From Desulfomonilia bacterium (GTDB lineage: Bacteria; Desulfobacterota; Desulfomonilia; UBA1062): a stretch of 64,000 nucleotides of DNA. The position numbers and the translations under genes are program-made. This document shows positions 53,336 through 64,000 of the stretch, piece after piece; the stretch's first letter is position 1, and the number at the start of each line of letters is the position of its first letter. The notes under the pieces were generated by a model. It was not told where the DNA came from. It saw only the letters and a list, made by a program, of their open reading frames with translations, and did no database searches. Location of the stretch: positions 64,001 to 128,000 of the forward strand of contig JBEKDT010000006.1 of assembly GCA_050014195.1 (NCBI GenBank), read 5' to 3'.

Positions 53336-55423
53336 GTGAAGAGATCAGTCCCGATAGAGAGACTCAGGAACATCGGTATCATGGCCCACATCGATGCGGG
53401 CAAGACCACGACTACCGAGCGCATCCTCTACTATACGGGGCGGAGCTACAAGATCGGCGAGGTGCATGACGGCCAGGCCACCATGGACTGGATGGAGCAG
53501 GAGAAGGAGCGCGGCATCACCATTACCTCGGCCGCCACGACCTGTTCCTGGAAAGACCACATCATCAACATCATCGATACCCCCGGCCACGTGGACTTCA
53601 CTATCGAAGTGGAGCGCAGCTTACGCGTGCTTGACGGGGCCGTGGCCGTCTTCTGCGCCGTAGGCGGCGTAGAGCCTCAGTCCGAGACGGTCTGGAGACA
53701 GGCTGAGCGTTATAAAGTCCCCAGACTCGCCTTTGTCAACAAGATGGACCGTGTCGGGGCCGACTTCCTGAATGTAGTAAGCCAGATCAAGAACAAGCTC
53801 GGGGCCAATGCCGTGGCACTCCAGCTCCCCATGGGGCAGGAGGAGCACTTCGCAGGCATCATCGACCTCGTCGAGATGAAGGCCGTCACCTTTGACGAAT
53901 CCAGCAAGGGTGCAAGTTACGGCTTTATCGATATACCGTTCGAGTACAAAGACATCGCAGATGAATACCGCGAGCGCCTCGTTGAATCACTCTGCGACGC
54001 CGATGATGCCATTATGGTGGCATACCTGGCGGGCGAGCAGATCGGAAACGAAGCCATCAAAAAGGCCGTTAAGAAGGGCACGCTCTTAGGCCTGGTAACG
54101 CCGGTTCTCTGCGGGTCGGCCTTCAAGAACAAGGGTGTGCAGCCGATGCTGGATGCCGTTGTGGACTACCTGCCGTCGCCTGTAGAGGTCGGTGCCGTCA
54201 AGGGAAAGAGCGAAAGCGGTGAGGATGCGAGCCGTAACCCAAGGGACGATGAACCCTTCTCCGCGCTGGCCTTTAAGGTGATGAACGACCCGTACGTGGG
54301 ACAGCTCACCTTTATCCGCGTGTACTCGGGCGTGCTGAATTCGGGCGATACCATCTATAACTGCAGCACGACCAAGAAGGAACGCATCGGAAGGCTCGTG
54401 CGGATGTATGCCGACAAGCGCGAGGAGATAAAGACGCTGTGTACGGGTGAAATCGCTGCAGTATTAGGACTCAAAAACACCATCACGGGCCACAGTCTGT
54501 GTGACCCTGATAAGCCCATTATCCTGGAGTCCATGGACTTCCCGGAACCGGTCATATCCATTGCCATCGAGCCCAAGAGCAAGTCCGACCAGGAAAGACT
54601 GGGCTTTGCGCTTTCCCGGCTTGCCATGGAGGACCCGTCCTTCAGGGTGCAGTCCGATCGTGAGACCGGCGATACACTCATCTCGGGCATGGGCGAACTC
54701 CATCTGGAGATCATTGTGGACAGGCTTAAGAGGGAGTTCAGCGTTGAGGCCAATGTCGGCAAACCCCAGGTGGCTTACCGTGAGACCATCACCAAGACCG
54801 TTCGGGAAACCGTCAAGTACGTCAAACAGACCGGCGGTCACGGGCAGTACGCCCATGTGGTCATATCCGTGGAGCCCCTGGAGCCGGCATCAGGTTTCGA
54901 ATTTGTGAACAAAATCGTAGGCGGCGTGATACCACGCGAATACATCCCTGCAGTAAAGAAGGGGATTGAAGAGTCTCTGGTGATAGGGCCCATTGCCGGA
55001 TATCCTGTCCAGGACATGCGGGTATCGCTCCTCGACGGGTCGTTCCACGAGGTGGATTCCTCCGAGCTTGCCTTCAAGATCGCAGGCTCCATGGCACTCA
55101 AGAACGCACTCAAAAAGGCAGGCCCCATCATGCTCGAGCCCATCATGGACGTCGAGTCGGTCTGCCCTGTTGACTATGTAGGAGATGTGATCAGCGACCT
55201 CTCTTCCCGGAGGGGCAAGGTGCTCGGCATGGACACCCGCTCCGATGTCAGGGTAGTGGCCGCCCAGGTCCCGCTGGCTGAGATGTTCGGCTATGCAACC
55301 GCGCTGCGCTCCTTGACCCAGGGCCGGGCAACCTTTACCATGCAGGTATCCCACTATGAGCCGGTGCCGGGGAACATCTCCGATACGTTAAAAGTTTCCA
55401 GAGGAGGGCAACTCTATGGCTAA
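53336..55423 (+). CDS. fusA: elongation factor G
   Basis: [24 protein letters not shown]. Confidence 0.99.
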   Translation: MKRSVPIERLRNIGIMAHIDAGKTTTTERILYYTGRSYKIGEVHDGQATMDWMEQEKERGITITSAATTCSWKDHIINIIDTPGHVDFTIEVERSLRVLDGAVAVFCAVGGVEPQSETVWRQAERYKVPRLAFVNKMDRVGADFLNVVSQIKNKLGANAVALQLPMGQEEHFAGIIDLVEMKAVTFDESSKGASYGFIDIPFEYKDIADEYRERLVESLCDADDAIMVAYLAGEQIGNEAIKKAVKKGTLLGLVTPVLCGSAFKNKGVQPMLDAVVDYLPSPVEVGAVKGKSESGEDASRNPRDDEPFSALAFKVMNDPYVGQLTFIRVYSGVLNSGDTIYNCSTTKKERIGRLVRMYADKREEIKTLCTGEIAAVLGLKNTITGHSLCDPDKPIILESMDFPEPVISIAIEPKSKSDQERLGFALSRLAMEDPSFRVQSDRETGDTLISGMGELHLEIIVDRLKREFSVEANVGKPQVAYRETITKTVRETVKYVKQTGGHGQYAHVVISVEPLEPASGFEFVNKIVGGVIPREYIPAVKKGIEESLVIGPIAGYPVQDMRVSLLDGSFHEVDSSELAFKIAGSMALKNALKKAGPIMLEPIMDVESVCPVDYVGDVISDLSSRRGKVLGMDTRSDVRVVAAQVPLAEMFGYATALRSLTQGRATFTMQVSHYEPVPGNISDTLKVSRGGQLYG

Positions 55424-56612
55424 GGAGACATTCAAGAGGACGAAGCCGCATGTGAATGTGGGGACGATTGGTCATATTGATCATGGGAAGACGACGTTGA
55501 CGGCGGCGATCACGAAGCATTTGGCGAAGAAGGGCATGGCCGAGTACGTGGCGTATGACCAGATAGATAAGGCTCCGGAAGAGAAGGAGCGAGGGATCAC
55601 GATCAACACGGCGCATGTGGAGTATGAGACGGAGAAGAGGCACTATGCGCACATCGATTGTCCTGGACATGCGGACTACATCAAGAACATGATAACGGGA
55701 GCGGCGCAGATGGACGGGGCGATATTGGTGGTGGCGGCCTCTGACGGTCCGATGCCGCAGACGCGTGAGCACATTTTGTTGGCGAAGCAGGTGAATGTGC
55801 CGGCGATGGTGGTATTCATGAACAAGGTGGACCAGGTGGACGATCCGGAGTTATTGGAGCTGGTGGAGCTGGAGCTTCGGGAGCTTTTGAGTGCGTATGA
55901 TTTTCCTGGGGACGAGATACCGATCATACGGGGGAGCGCGTTGAAGGCTCTTGAGACGGATGATTCGGATGGTGCGGATGCGAAGTGCATATTTGAGTTG
56001 ATGGATGCGGTGGACAGCTACATACCCGAGCCGGTCAGGGACATAGACAAGCCGTTTTTGATGCCTGTAGAGGACATATTTACGATCAGCGGGCGCGGTA
56101 CGGTGGTGACGGGCCGAGTAGAGCGCGGGATCATCAAGGTAGGGGACGAGGTGGAGATAATAGGGATACGACCCACGATCAAGACGGTGTGCACGGGCGT
56201 TGAGATGTTCCGGAAGACGCTGGATGAGGGTCGTGCCGGGGACAATGTAGGGGTGCTGATCCGTGGGACGAAGCGTGAGGAGGTGGAGAGGGGGCAGGTA
56301 GTGGCGAAGCCCGGATCGATCAATCCGCACGTGCATTTTAGTTCCGAGGTATATGTATTAAAGAAGGAAGAGGGTGGTCGTCACACGCCGTTTTTCACGG
56401 GGTATCGGCCGCAGTTTTATTTTCGGACGACGGACGTGACGGGGGACATCAAGTTGCCCGAAGGGGTGGAGATGGTGATGCCCGGGGACAACGTGACGAT
56501 GGAAGTGACGCTGATAGCGCCGATCGCGATGGAAGAGGGATTGCGTTTCGCCATTCGAGAAGGCGGCAGGACCGTGGCATCCGGCGTCATCGTCAAGGTC
56601 ATCCCGGACTAA
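55416..56612 (+). CDS. tuf: elongation factor Tu (copy 2)
   Basis: protein identical to copy 1; overlaps the fusA stop. Confidence 0.99.
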   Translation: MAKETFKRTKPHVNVGTIGHIDHGKTTLTAAITKHLAKKGMAEYVAYDQIDKAPEEKERGITINTAHVEYETEKRHYAHIDCPGHADYIKNMITGAAQMDGAILVVAASDGPMPQTREHILLAKQVNVPAMVVFMNKVDQVDDPELLELVELELRELLSAYDFPGDEIPIIRGSALKALETDDSDGADAKCIFELMDAVDSYIPEPVRDIDKPFLMPVEDIFTISGRGTVVTGRVERGIIKVGDEVEIIGIRPTIKTVCTGVEMFRKTLDEGRAGDNVGVLIRGTKREEVERGQVVAKPGSINPHVHFSSEVYVLKKEEGGRHTPFFTGYRPQFYFRTTDVTGDIKLPEGVEMVMPGDNVTMEVTLIAPIAMEEGLRFAIREGGRTVASGVIVKVIPD

Positions 56613-56649
56613 ATTTAAGGATATCGAGAAGAAAACAGGAGTAGACACG

Positions 56650-56958
56650 ATGGAGACCCAAAGGATACGCATACGACTGAAAGGTTACGACCACAAGCTC
56701 ATAGACCAGTCTGTGCAGGAGATCGTAGATGCGGCACGCAGGACCGGTGCCAGGGTGGCCGGGCCCATCCCCCTGCCCACGAAGATCGAGCGCTTCTGTG
56801 TCTTGAGGTCTCCTCACGTGGATAAAAAATCAAGGGACCAGTTTGAGATCCGCACCTTCAAGCGGCTCCTGGACATCCTTGACCCCACCCAGCAGACCGT
56901 GGACTCTTTGATGAAGCTGGATCTCTCGGCCGGGGTGGATGTGGAGATCAAGCTCTAA
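56650..56958 (+). CDS. rpsJ: 30S ribosomal protein S10
   Basis: [17 protein letters not shown]. Confidence 0.99.
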   Translation: METQRIRIRLKGYDHKLIDQSVQEIVDAARRTGARVAGPIPLPTKIERFCVLRSPHVDKKSRDQFEIRTFKRLLDILDPTQQTVDSLMKLDLSAGVDVEIKL

Positions 56959-56964
56959 GCCAAT

Positions 56965-57606
56965 ATGGAGACAGCCATGATCAAGGGTATAATCGGAAAA
57001 AAGCTCGGTATGAGCCAGATGTTCAATGAGAACGGGGATCTTGTCCCGGTAACGCTCATTTTAATAGGGCCCTGTTATGTCGTCCAGAAGAAATTCAAGG
57101 ACAGGGACGGCTATGACGCCCTGCAGCTCGGCTTCGGCGAGAAGAAGGAAAAGCGTGTAAGCAAGCCGGACAAGGGGCACCAGGAAAAGGCAGGGAAGGG
57201 ATTTTTCTATAACTTGCGTGAAGTGGCATGCGACGACGTGAATACCGTGGAAGTCGGCCGGGAGATCAAGGTGAGTGAGGTCTTTGCCAAGGGAGAAGAC
57301 ATCAAGATCACCGGCATCTCAAAGGGCAAGGGATTTGCCAGCGTTGTCCGCAGGCACGGATTCGGCGGTTTGCCGGGAAGCCACGGCTCGCTCATTCTGA
57401 ATGAAACGGGCTCCATAGGCACCAATACCTCGCCGGGCAAGGTTATCAAGAACAAGAAGATGCCGGGCCACCTGGGCAACAAGCAGGTCACGGTCAAGGG
57501 TTTGAAGGTAGTGGATATCCAGGAAGAAAAGAATATGATAGCGATCCGCGGAGCAGTACCCGGTAGCAAGGGACAGCTCGTTATATTGAGGAAGCAAGAG
57601 GGTTAA
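56965..57606 (+). CDS. rplC: 50S ribosomal protein L3
   Basis: GKKLGMSQ, SKGKGF, GAVPG; start may be 56977. Confidence 0.98.
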   Translation: METAMIKGIIGKKLGMSQMFNENGDLVPVTLILIGPCYVVQKKFKDRDGYDALQLGFGEKKEKRVSKPDKGHQEKAGKGFFYNLREVACDDVNTVEVGREIKVSEVFAKGEDIKITGISKGKGFASVVRRHGFGGLPGSHGSLILNETGSIGTNTSPGKVIKNKKMPGHLGNKQVTVKGLKVVDIQEEKNMIAIRGAVPGSKGQLVILRKQEG

Positions 57607-57609
57607 GCC

Positions 57610-58233
57610 ATGCCGGTTGTTGATGTGTTCAACGTTGCAGGTGATAAGGTTAAAGAGATCCGGCTCGATGATGCAATATTCGGGTGCGAGGTGAAGTCCC
57701 ACCTGATTTATGATGCCGTTATCTGGCAGAGGGCCAATAGAAGGGCTGCAACCGCCAAGACTAAGACCCGCACCGAGGTGTCGGGCGGCGGTAAGAAGCC
57801 CTGGAAACAAAAAGGGACGGGCCGCGCCCGGGCAGGCACCAACCGCTCGCCTTTGTGGAGGCACGGAGGCGTGATCTTCGGCCCGAACAACAGGAATTAC
57901 GTCATCGGCCTGCCCAAGAAGGTCCGCAGGCAGGCGTTATGCTCGGCATTAAGCATGAAGACACATGAGAACATGCTCAAGGTCGTGGATGTAATCGAGT
58001 TTGCCGAGCCCAAGACCAAGCAGTATGTGAAGGCCCTTGGTGCATTGGGCATGGAAAATTCACTGGTGGTCGTCGGCGGTGCGGACCCGAACGTTTTATT
58101 GGCATCCAGGAACCACGCCAAGAGCAAGCTTTTGGATGTAAAGGGCCTGAATGTCTATGACATCCTCAAATACAAAGGCCTGGTGATCGACCTGAAGGCC
58201 GTCGAGCTCATCGAAGAGAGGCTGAAGTCATGA
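57610..58233 (+). CDS. rplD: 50S ribosomal protein L4
   Basis: [14 protein letters not shown]. Confidence 0.98.
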   Translation: MPVVDVFNVAGDKVKEIRLDDAIFGCEVKSHLIYDAVIWQRANRRAATAKTKTRTEVSGGGKKPWKQKGTGRARAGTNRSPLWRHGGVIFGPNNRNYVIGLPKKVRRQALCSALSMKTHENMLKVVDVIEFAEPKTKQYVKALGALGMENSLVVVGGADPNVLLASRNHAKSKLLDVKGLNVYDILKYKGLVIDLKAVELIEERLKS

Positions 58234-58520
58234 AGACTGCAAGTAGCATACTCAAGCGGCCGCTCGTCACGGAAAAAGGGACTCAGCTCAGAGAGAAGGA
58301 TAACAAGGTGGTCTTCTCCGTGGCGAAAGACGCCAACAAGATCGAGATCAAGCAAGCCGTGGAAGAGTTGTTCAATGTACATGTCGAAGACGTCAAGACC
58401 ATGGTCATGAAGGGAAAAATAAAGCGCTGGGGATACCGACCCTACCAGCGCTCCGATTGGAAGAAGGCGATCGTCACGCTGAAAGCCGGCGAGACCATCG
58501 AATTCTATGAAGGGGTATAA
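58230..58520 (+). CDS. rplW: 50S ribosomal protein L23
   Basis: [14 protein letters not shown]. Confidence 0.98.
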   Translation: MKTASSILKRPLVTEKGTQLREKDNKVVFSVAKDANKIEIKQAVEELFNVHVEDVKTMVMKGKIKRWGYRPYQRSDWKKAIVTLKAGETIEFYEGV

Positions 58521-58523
58521 CCG

Positions 58524-59345
58524 ATGAGCATACGCGGCTTCAAACCAACATCGGCGGGCAGGCGCTCCATGACGGTCTCCACCTTTGATGAGATCACGAA
58601 AGTCGAGCCCGAGAAATCGCTCACCTTCCGCCTCAAGAAGAACAGCGGCCGGAACAATCTGGGCCGTATCACAGTGCGCCATCAGGGCGGCGGGAGCACG
58701 AGACTCTACCGTATCATCGACTTCAGACGCGACAAGGTGGGCGTGCCCGGCAAGATCATGACCGTCGAGTACGATCCCAACCGCTCCGCTCGGATATCGC
58801 TTGTGCAGTACACGGACGGCGAGAAGCGCTATATCCTCTGGCCGGAAGGCTTGAGCGTGGGCAGCACGATAATCACCTCGGAAGAGGCGGAGATCAGGAC
58901 GGGCAATGTCCTGACCCTAAAGGCCATGCCGCTCGGTACATTCGTCCATAATGTCGAATGCAAGCTTGGTAAGGGCGGTCAGCTTATCCGTTCCGCCGGG
59001 ACCTACGGACAGGTGCTCGCCAAGGAAGGCGGCTACGTGCAGATAAAGATGCCCTCGGGAGAGGTGCGCAAGGTCTTTGCCGAGTGCAAGGCCACCATCG
59101 GCCAGGTGGGTAATGTCAGCCACCAGAACATCACCATCGGCAAGGCGGGCCGGAAACGCTGGCTTGGTATCAGACCTACGGTGCGCGGTGTTGCCATGAA
59201 CCCTGTGGATCATCCGCACGGCGGCGGCGAAGGCCGGGTGAAGGGTAATCATCCGGTGACCCCATGGGGCGTTTCCACCAAAGGTCACAAGACCAGGAAA
59301 CGCACGAAGGACTCTAATAAGTACATCGTGAAGAGGAGGAAGTAA
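58524..59345 (+). CDS. rplB: 50S ribosomal protein L2
   Basis: [21 protein letters not shown]. Confidence 0.99.
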   Translation: MSIRGFKPTSAGRRSMTVSTFDEITKVEPEKSLTFRLKKNSGRNNLGRITVRHQGGGSTRLYRIIDFRRDKVGVPGKIMTVEYDPNRSARISLVQYTDGEKRYILWPEGLSVGSTIITSEEAEIRTGNVLTLKAMPLGTFVHNVECKLGKGGQLIRSAGTYGQVLAKEGGYVQIKMPSGEVRKVFAECKATIGQVGNVSHQNITIGKAGRKRWLGIRPTVRGVAMNPVDHPHGGGEGRVKGNHPVTPWGVSTKGHKTRKRTKDSNKYIVKRRK

Positions 59346-59348
59346 GCC

Positions 59349-59630
59349 GTGTCCCGTTCACTGAAGAAAGGGCCGTTTATCGATGACCACCTTCTGAAGA
59401 AGGTTCTCCAGGCCCAGGAGTCAGGCAGCCGTAAGGTTATCAAGACCTGGTCGAGGCGCTCGGTCGTCCTCCCTGAGTTCGTGGGGCTCACCTTTGCCGT
59501 GCACAACGGCAAGAAGTTTGTCCCCGTATATTGCACTGAAGAAATGGTTGGGCACAGGCTCGGAGAATTTTCTCCGACCCGCACCTTCTACGGCCATGCC
59601 GGCGACAGAAAGTCATCGAGAAAGGGGTAG
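59349..59630 (+). CDS. rpsS: 30S ribosomal protein S19
   Basis: [19 protein letters not shown]. Confidence 0.98.
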   Translation: MSRSLKKGPFIDDHLLKKVLQAQESGSRKVIKTWSRRSVVLPEFVGLTFAVHNGKKFVPVYCTEEMVGHRLGEFSPTRTFYGHAGDRKSSRKG

Positions 59631-59633
59631 GCC

Positions 59634-59966
59634 ATGGAGGCGAAAGCGATTTTAAGACACACCAGGGTCTCTCCCCAGAAGACGAGACTCCTTGCGGACC
59701 AGGTAAGAAGCAAGCAGATCGCGGATGCCCTGCGCATGCTCAATCTGCTCGGCACCAAGCGCGCCCGTATCATTGCCAAGGTCCTGAATTCGGCTGTGGC
59801 CAACGCGATGCATACCGGCATGATGGATGTGGATAATCTCTATGTGAAGTCGATCCAGATCGACGAGGGTCCGACCACGAAGAGGTTTAGGCCCCGCGCC
59901 CAGGGCAGGGCCAACAGGATCATCAAAAGGACTTCGCACATAGCCGTTGTTCTTGAAGAGCTTTAG
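59634..59966 (+). CDS. rplV: 50S ribosomal protein L22
   Basis: SAVANA, RPRAQGRA. Confidence 0.98.
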   Translation: MEAKAILRHTRVSPQKTRLLADQVRSKQIADALRMLNLLGTKRARIIAKVLNSAVANAMHTGMMDVDNLYVKSIQIDEGPTTKRFRPRAQGRANRIIKRTSHIAVVLEEL

Positions 59967-59981
59967 GAAAGGGGTCGATAA

Positions 59982-60629
59982 GTGGGACAGAAGATTCATC
60001 CGTACGGGTTTCGGCTCGGGGTCACCAAGGACTGGAAGGCCAAGTGGTATGCAGAGAAGAGTTTCGGAGGCCTGTTCGTGGAAGACCGCGGGATACGCAA
60101 CTTCATCAACAAGAATTTAAGCCATGCAGGGATCTCAAATATCATCATCGAGCGGGCGGCCAACAAGGTGAAACTTGTCATCTATACCGGCAGGCCAGGC
60201 CTTGTGATCGGCAGGAAGGGTCAGGGCGCTGAGACGCTCAAGAACGACCTCGCCAAGTTCGTGCACAAGGAGATCATGCTGGAGATCAAGGAAGTCAGAC
60301 GTCCCGAGACCGATGCCCAGATCGTGGCGGAAGGTATTGCAAGCCAGCTCGAGCGCAGGGTCGCGTACCGCAGGGCCATGAAGAGGGCCGTGAGCCAGGC
60401 CTTACGGATGGGCGCACAGGGCATCAAGGTGGCCTGTGCGGGCAGGCTTGCAGGCGCCGAAATCGCACGCAGGGAGTGGTATCGGGAAGGGCGTGTGCCG
60501 CTCCACACACTTCGCAGCGATGTGGACTACGGCTTCAAGGAGGCCTTCACCATGTACGGGGTCATCGGCGTGAAGGTGTGGATATACCACGGTGACATCA
60601 TGAAGAAGGCCGAAGAGGCGAGCGCGTAA
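59982..60629 (+). CDS. rpsC: 30S ribosomal protein S3
   Basis: [20 protein letters not shown]. Confidence 0.98.
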   Translation: MGQKIHPYGFRLGVTKDWKAKWYAEKSFGGLFVEDRGIRNFINKNLSHAGISNIIIERAANKVKLVIYTGRPGLVIGRKGQGAETLKNDLAKFVHKEIMLEIKEVRRPETDAQIVAEGIASQLERRVAYRRAMKRAVSQALRMGAQGIKVACAGRLAGAEIARREWYREGRVPLHTLRSDVDYGFKEAFTMYGVIGVKVWIYHGDIMKKAEEASA

Positions 60630-60646
60630 AGGGAGATTTTAAAACC

Positions 60647-61063
60647 ATGTTGATGCCGAACAAGGTAAAGCATAGAAAACAGATGCGGGGCCGCATGAAG
60701 GGGAGCCCCGAGCGGGGGGCACGGGTGGCCTTCGGGACATACGGCCTGCAGACATTAGAGCCCCACTGGATTACGGCCAGACAGATAGAAGCGGCACGTG
60801 TCGCCATCACCCGTTTCATCAAGAGGGGCGGCAAGGTATGGATCAGGCTTTTCCCGGATAAGCCCATCACCAAGAAGCCCGCTGAGACGCGTATGGGAAA
60901 GGGCAAGGGTGCGCCGGAAGAGTGGGTTGCACCGGTGAGGCCGGGCAGGATACTCTTCGAGATCGACGGGGTAACCGAGGAGCAGGCCAAAGAGGCCTTC
61001 CGACTTGCATCCCACAAGCTGCCGGTGAAGACCAGGTTTGTGGTAAGGGAGGGGGTCCTATGA
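60647..61063 (+). CDS. rplP: 50S ribosomal protein L16
   Basis: RQIEAAR, RMGKGKG. Confidence 0.98.
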   Translation: MLMPNKVKHRKQMRGRMKGSPERGARVAFGTYGLQTLEPHWITARQIEAARVAITRFIKRGGKVWIRLFPDKPITKKPAETRMGKGKGAPEEWVAPVRPGRILFEIDGVTEEQAKEAFRLASHKLPVKTRFVVREGVL

Positions 61064-61245
61064 AGGTCAAGGAAATCCGGGATAAGACGGCCGGCGAGGT
61101 CTCCCAGATCAAGACGAAACTCGAGCGCGACCTGATGAATGCACGCTTCAACAAGGCCATGGGCCAGCTCAAGGACAAGACCCTTATCCTCAAGCTGCGT
61201 CGTGATATTGCACGGATCAATACGATCACCCGGGAGAAACAGTAA
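61060..61245 (+). CDS. rpmC: 50S ribosomal protein L29
   Basis: MKVKEIR...RRDIARINT; ATG 61060. Confidence 0.95.
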   Translation: MKVKEIRDKTAGEVSQIKTKLERDLMNARFNKAMGQLKDKTLILKLRRDIARINTITREKQ

Positions 61246-61502
61246 TGGCAGACAAATCGAGAAAGCTGGAGTTGGCCGGAGTGGTCACGAGCGACAAGAT
61301 GGACAAGACCGTGGTCGTGACCGTCGAGCGGCTGGAAAAGCACCCTGTCTTTAAGAAATATATCCGCAGGCGTGCCAGGTTCAAGGCCCATGATGAACGC
61401 AATGAATGCAAGCCCGGCGACAAGGTTCTTATCCGTGAGTGCAGGCCCATCAGTAAAGACAAGAGCTGGAGGGTTGTGAAGATCCTCGAGAGACAGGAAT
61501 AG
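61245..61502 (+). CDS. rpsQ: 30S ribosomal protein S17
   Basis: [17 protein letters not shown]. Confidence 0.98.
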   Translation: MADKSRKLELAGVVTSDKMDKTVVVTVERLEKHPVFKKYIRRRARFKAHDERNECKPGDKVLIRECRPISKDKSWRVVKILERQE

Positions 61503-61528
61503 ATAGGTTTTAGTGGCGGAGGCTACCC

Positions 61529-61897
61529 ATGATCCAACAGCAGACAAGGCTCAAGGTTGCGGACAATTCAGGTGCAAAAGAGGTGATGTGCATCAAAGTG
61601 CTTGGCGGAACCAGACGCAGATATGCCTATTTGGGTGACGTGATCGTTGCGAGCGTGAAAGAGGCCATTCCCCGTTCCAAGGTGAAAAAGGGCGATGTGG
61701 TCAAGGCGGTGGTTGTAAGGACCAAAAAGACACAGAAACGCGCCGACGGGACGAGCATCCGGTTCGACGAGAACTCGGCCGTTATTCTCAACAACCAGAA
61801 TGAGCCCATCGGCACACGCATCTTCGGACCCGTGGCCCGCGAGCTCAGGGCAAAGAACTTCATGAAGATAGTCTCGCTGGCACCCGAAGTGCTCTAG
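61529..61897 (+). CDS. rplN: 50S ribosomal protein L14
   Basis: [15 protein letters not shown]. Confidence 0.99.
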   Translation: MIQQQTRLKVADNSGAKEVMCIKVLGGTRRRYAYLGDVIVASVKEAIPRSKVKKGDVVKAVVVRTKKTQKRADGTSIRFDENSAVILNNQNEPIGTRIFGPVARELRAKNFMKIVSLAPEVL

Positions 61898-61911
61898 TTA
61901 GGAGTAGAACA

Positions 61912-62247
61912 ATGGCAGTAGTGAGGTATGAGACAGGCAGGATCAAGAAGGGTGATACGGTGGTTGTCCTTGCAGGCAAGAACAAAGGCAAGCAGGGCAA
62001 TGTAATCCGGCTGCTCCACAAGAAAGACAGGCTCTACGTGGAGCGTGTCAACCTTATCAAGAGGCACACGAAACCCACGCAAAACTCCCAGGGCGGTATC
62101 GTGGAGAAGGAAGCAAGCATCCATACGTCCAATGTGGCGTTTGTCTGCCCCAAGTGCAAGAAGGGTGTGCGCATCGGGTACAAGGGGCATGAAGACGGCA
62201 CCAAGGTAAGGGTCTGCAGATCCTGCGGCGAGGAATTGGATAAGTGA
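61912..62247 (+). CDS. rplX: 50S ribosomal protein L24
   Basis: [16 protein letters not shown]; CxxC pairs. Confidence 0.97.
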   Translation: MAVVRYETGRIKKGDTVVVLAGKNKGKQGNVIRLLHKKDRLYVERVNLIKRHTKPTQNSQGGIVEKEASIHTSNVAFVCPKCKKGVRIGYKGHEDGTKVRVCRSCGEELDK

Positions 62248-62255
62248 GGTTATAG

Positions 62256-62795
62256 ATGGCAAGGCTCAAGGATTATTACGTAAAGGAGATCGTGCCTGCC
62301 TTAAAGGCGGAATACGGATACACCAATGTCCACCAGATTCCCAAGGTCGTGAAGGTCGTCTTGAACATGGGTCTGGGTGAGGCCGTAGCCGACGTCAAGA
62401 TCATCGACAAGGCAGTGGAAGAACTTACGGCTATCACCGGACAGAAGCCGATCGTCCGGAAGGCACGCAAGTCTATTGCGGCATTCAAGCTCAGGGAAGG
62501 AATGCCTGTCGGTGTAGCCGTGACGCTCAGAGGCGGCATGATGTATGAGTTCTTAGATAGGCTCATCAATGCGGTCCTGCCCCGCGTGAGAGACTTCCGG
62601 GGCATCTCGCCCAAGGGTTTCGACGGGCGCGGGAACTACACGATGGGGTTGACGGACCAGACCGTGTTCCCCGAGATAGACTTCGACGCGGTTGACAAAC
62701 TCAGGGGTATGAATATAACCATTGTGACTACGGCTACAAGCGATGATCAGAGCAGGAGCCTGCTCGCAGCCTTTGGAATGCCCTTTCGGAAGTAA
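62256..62795 (+). CDS. rplE: 50S ribosomal protein L5
   Basis: [14 protein letters not shown]. Confidence 0.98.
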   Translation: MARLKDYYVKEIVPALKAEYGYTNVHQIPKVVKVVLNMGLGEAVADVKIIDKAVEELTAITGQKPIVRKARKSIAAFKLREGMPVGVAVTLRGGMMYEFLDRLINAVLPRVRDFRGISPKGFDGRGNYTMGLTDQTVFPEIDFDAVDKLRGMNITIVTTATSDDQSRSLLAAFGMPFRK

Positions 62796-62804
62796 GAGGA
62801 TACT

Positions 62805-62990
62805 ATGGCAAAAAAATCTTTGATCGCAAAGCAGAAGAGGTCGCCGAAGTTCAAGGTGAGGCAGTATAACCGGTGCATGTTGTGCGGCAGGCCGCACGCA
62901 TATTATCGCAAGTTCGGCATCTGTAGGATTTGCCTGAGGAACTTTGCCATGAAGGGCGAGATCCCGGGCTTAAAGAAATCAAGCTGGTAA
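62805..62990 (+). CDS. rpsN: 30S ribosomal protein S14, short Zn-binding type
   Basis: RCMLCGR...ICRICLR. Confidence 0.97.
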   Translation: MAKKSLIAKQKRSPKFKVRQYNRCMLCGRPHAYYRKFGICRICLRNFAMKGEIPGLKKSSW

Positions 62991-63004
62991 GAGAGGAACA
63001 CTTC

Positions 63005-63397
63005 ATGCATACCGATCCCATTGCGGACATGATCACCAGGATTCGTAACGCGGCTTTAGCCATGAGGGAAAGTGTCGACATCCCGGCATCAAAACTCAAG
63101 ATCGATCTCGCCGAGATCCTCATGAAAGAGGGTTATATCAAGGCGTACCGGGTTATCGACGACGGAAAGCAGGGCACACTGCGGGTGAATCTGAAATATT
63201 TCAACTCCCGCCACGTCATCAGCGGCATCCAGAGGGTCTCGCGACCGGGCAGACGGATTTACAAGGGCGCAGGCGAAATCGCGGCCATACGCGGCGGCTT
63301 GGGCATTTCCATCGTGAGCACCTCTTCGGGCCTCATGACTGACCTTAAGGCCAAGGCCAGTAACGTGGGCGGAGAGGTCCTGATGAAGGTCTGGTAA
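63005..63397 (+). CDS. rpsH: 30S ribosomal protein S8
   Basis: DPIADMITRIRNA, SRPGRRIY; ATG 63005. Confidence 0.98.
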   Translation: MHTDPIADMITRIRNAALAMRESVDIPASKLKIDLAEILMKEGYIKAYRVIDDGKQGTLRVNLKYFNSRHVISGIQRVSRPGRRIYKGAGEIAAIRGGLGISIVSTSSGLMTDLKAKASNVGGEVLMKVW

Positions 63398-63406
63398 GGA
63401 GCAAAA

Positions 63407-63955
63407 ATGTCGATTTCAAGGATTGGAAAACTGCCTATTGCCATACCCAAGGGTGTGACCGTCACCCTGGATGGAGACACCATCAGGGTGAAGGGACCCA
63501 AGGGCGAGCTCTCTAAGAAGTGTGTGGGCAATATCGTAGTGAAGATCGAGGGTGGTGAGCTGCTGTTCACTCCCGGCGATGAAGAGCGAAAGACAAAGGC
63601 CTTCCACGGGCTCATGCGGGCGCTGGCCAACAACATGGTAACAGGCGTCACCGAAGGGTTCGTCCGGAGGCTCAGGATAGTGGGTATTGGATACCGCGGC
63701 GAGGCCAAGGGCAGCACGCTCGTACTGAGCGTGGGATATTCACACCCGGTGGAGTTCCCCCTTCCCAAGGGTATATCCGGCACAGTGACCAAAGAGGGTC
63801 TCATTGAGCTTACAGGCATTGACAACGAACTCTTAGGCGATGTTGCCGCCCGTATCCGCAAGGTCAGGAAGCCCGATTCCTATGCGGGCAAGGGCATAAG
63901 GTATGACGGCGAAGTGGTAAGGATAAAGCCGGGCAAGAGCGCCGCTAAAGGTTAA
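63407..63955 (+). CDS. rplF: 50S ribosomal protein L6
   Basis: SRIGKLP, GYSHP, GKGIRY. Confidence 0.98.
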   Translation: MSISRIGKLPIAIPKGVTVTLDGDTIRVKGPKGELSKKCVGNIVVKIEGGELLFTPGDEERKTKAFHGLMRALANNMVTGVTEGFVRRLRIVGIGYRGEAKGSTLVLSVGYSHPVEFPLPKGISGTVTKEGLIELTGIDNELLGDVAARIRKVRKPDSYAGKGIRYDGEVVRIKPGKSAAKG

Positions 63956-63984
63956 GGGCTTTTTTTATAAGGAGTAGGTAAACC

Positions 63985-64000
63985 GTGAGCAAAAAGAGTG
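63985..64000 (+). CDS. rplR: probable start of 50S ribosomal protein L18 (cut by window edge)
   Basis: AAGGAG RBS and GTG after rplF; identity from synteny only. Confidence 0.5.

Overview
Bacterial chromosomal window. Gene content (CoA-transferases, PrdB-like and DUF362 proteins, an EndoQ-UvrD fusion, two tuf copies) suggests an anaerobic deltaproteobacterium-like organism; this is inference. 1-31 kb holds accessory metabolic, regulatory and transport genes with many short palindromic repeats. 31.3-35.7 kb is the uppS-cdsA-dxr-rseP-tsaB operon (minus strand). 38.9-64 kb is the core cluster: tRNAs-tuf-rpmG-secE-nusG-rplKAJL-rpoBC-str-S10-spc. The most notable structure is an integrase-less integron cassette array at 36.0-37.9 kb: three cassettes whose GTT/AAC core ends pair with each other, nested inside several layers of inverted repeats. 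Its head site shares a motif with a hairpin in front of a second foreign island (ParA plus small HeH-like protein, 20.5-22.0 kb). Also seen: an ~80-aa insertion in RpoC, a palindromic repeat translated in-frame inside the helicase, a Cys-type PrdB homolog with a SECIS-like hairpin, and an unannotated zinc-finger ORF broken by TGA. All family calls are from motif recognition by eye; no searches were run.
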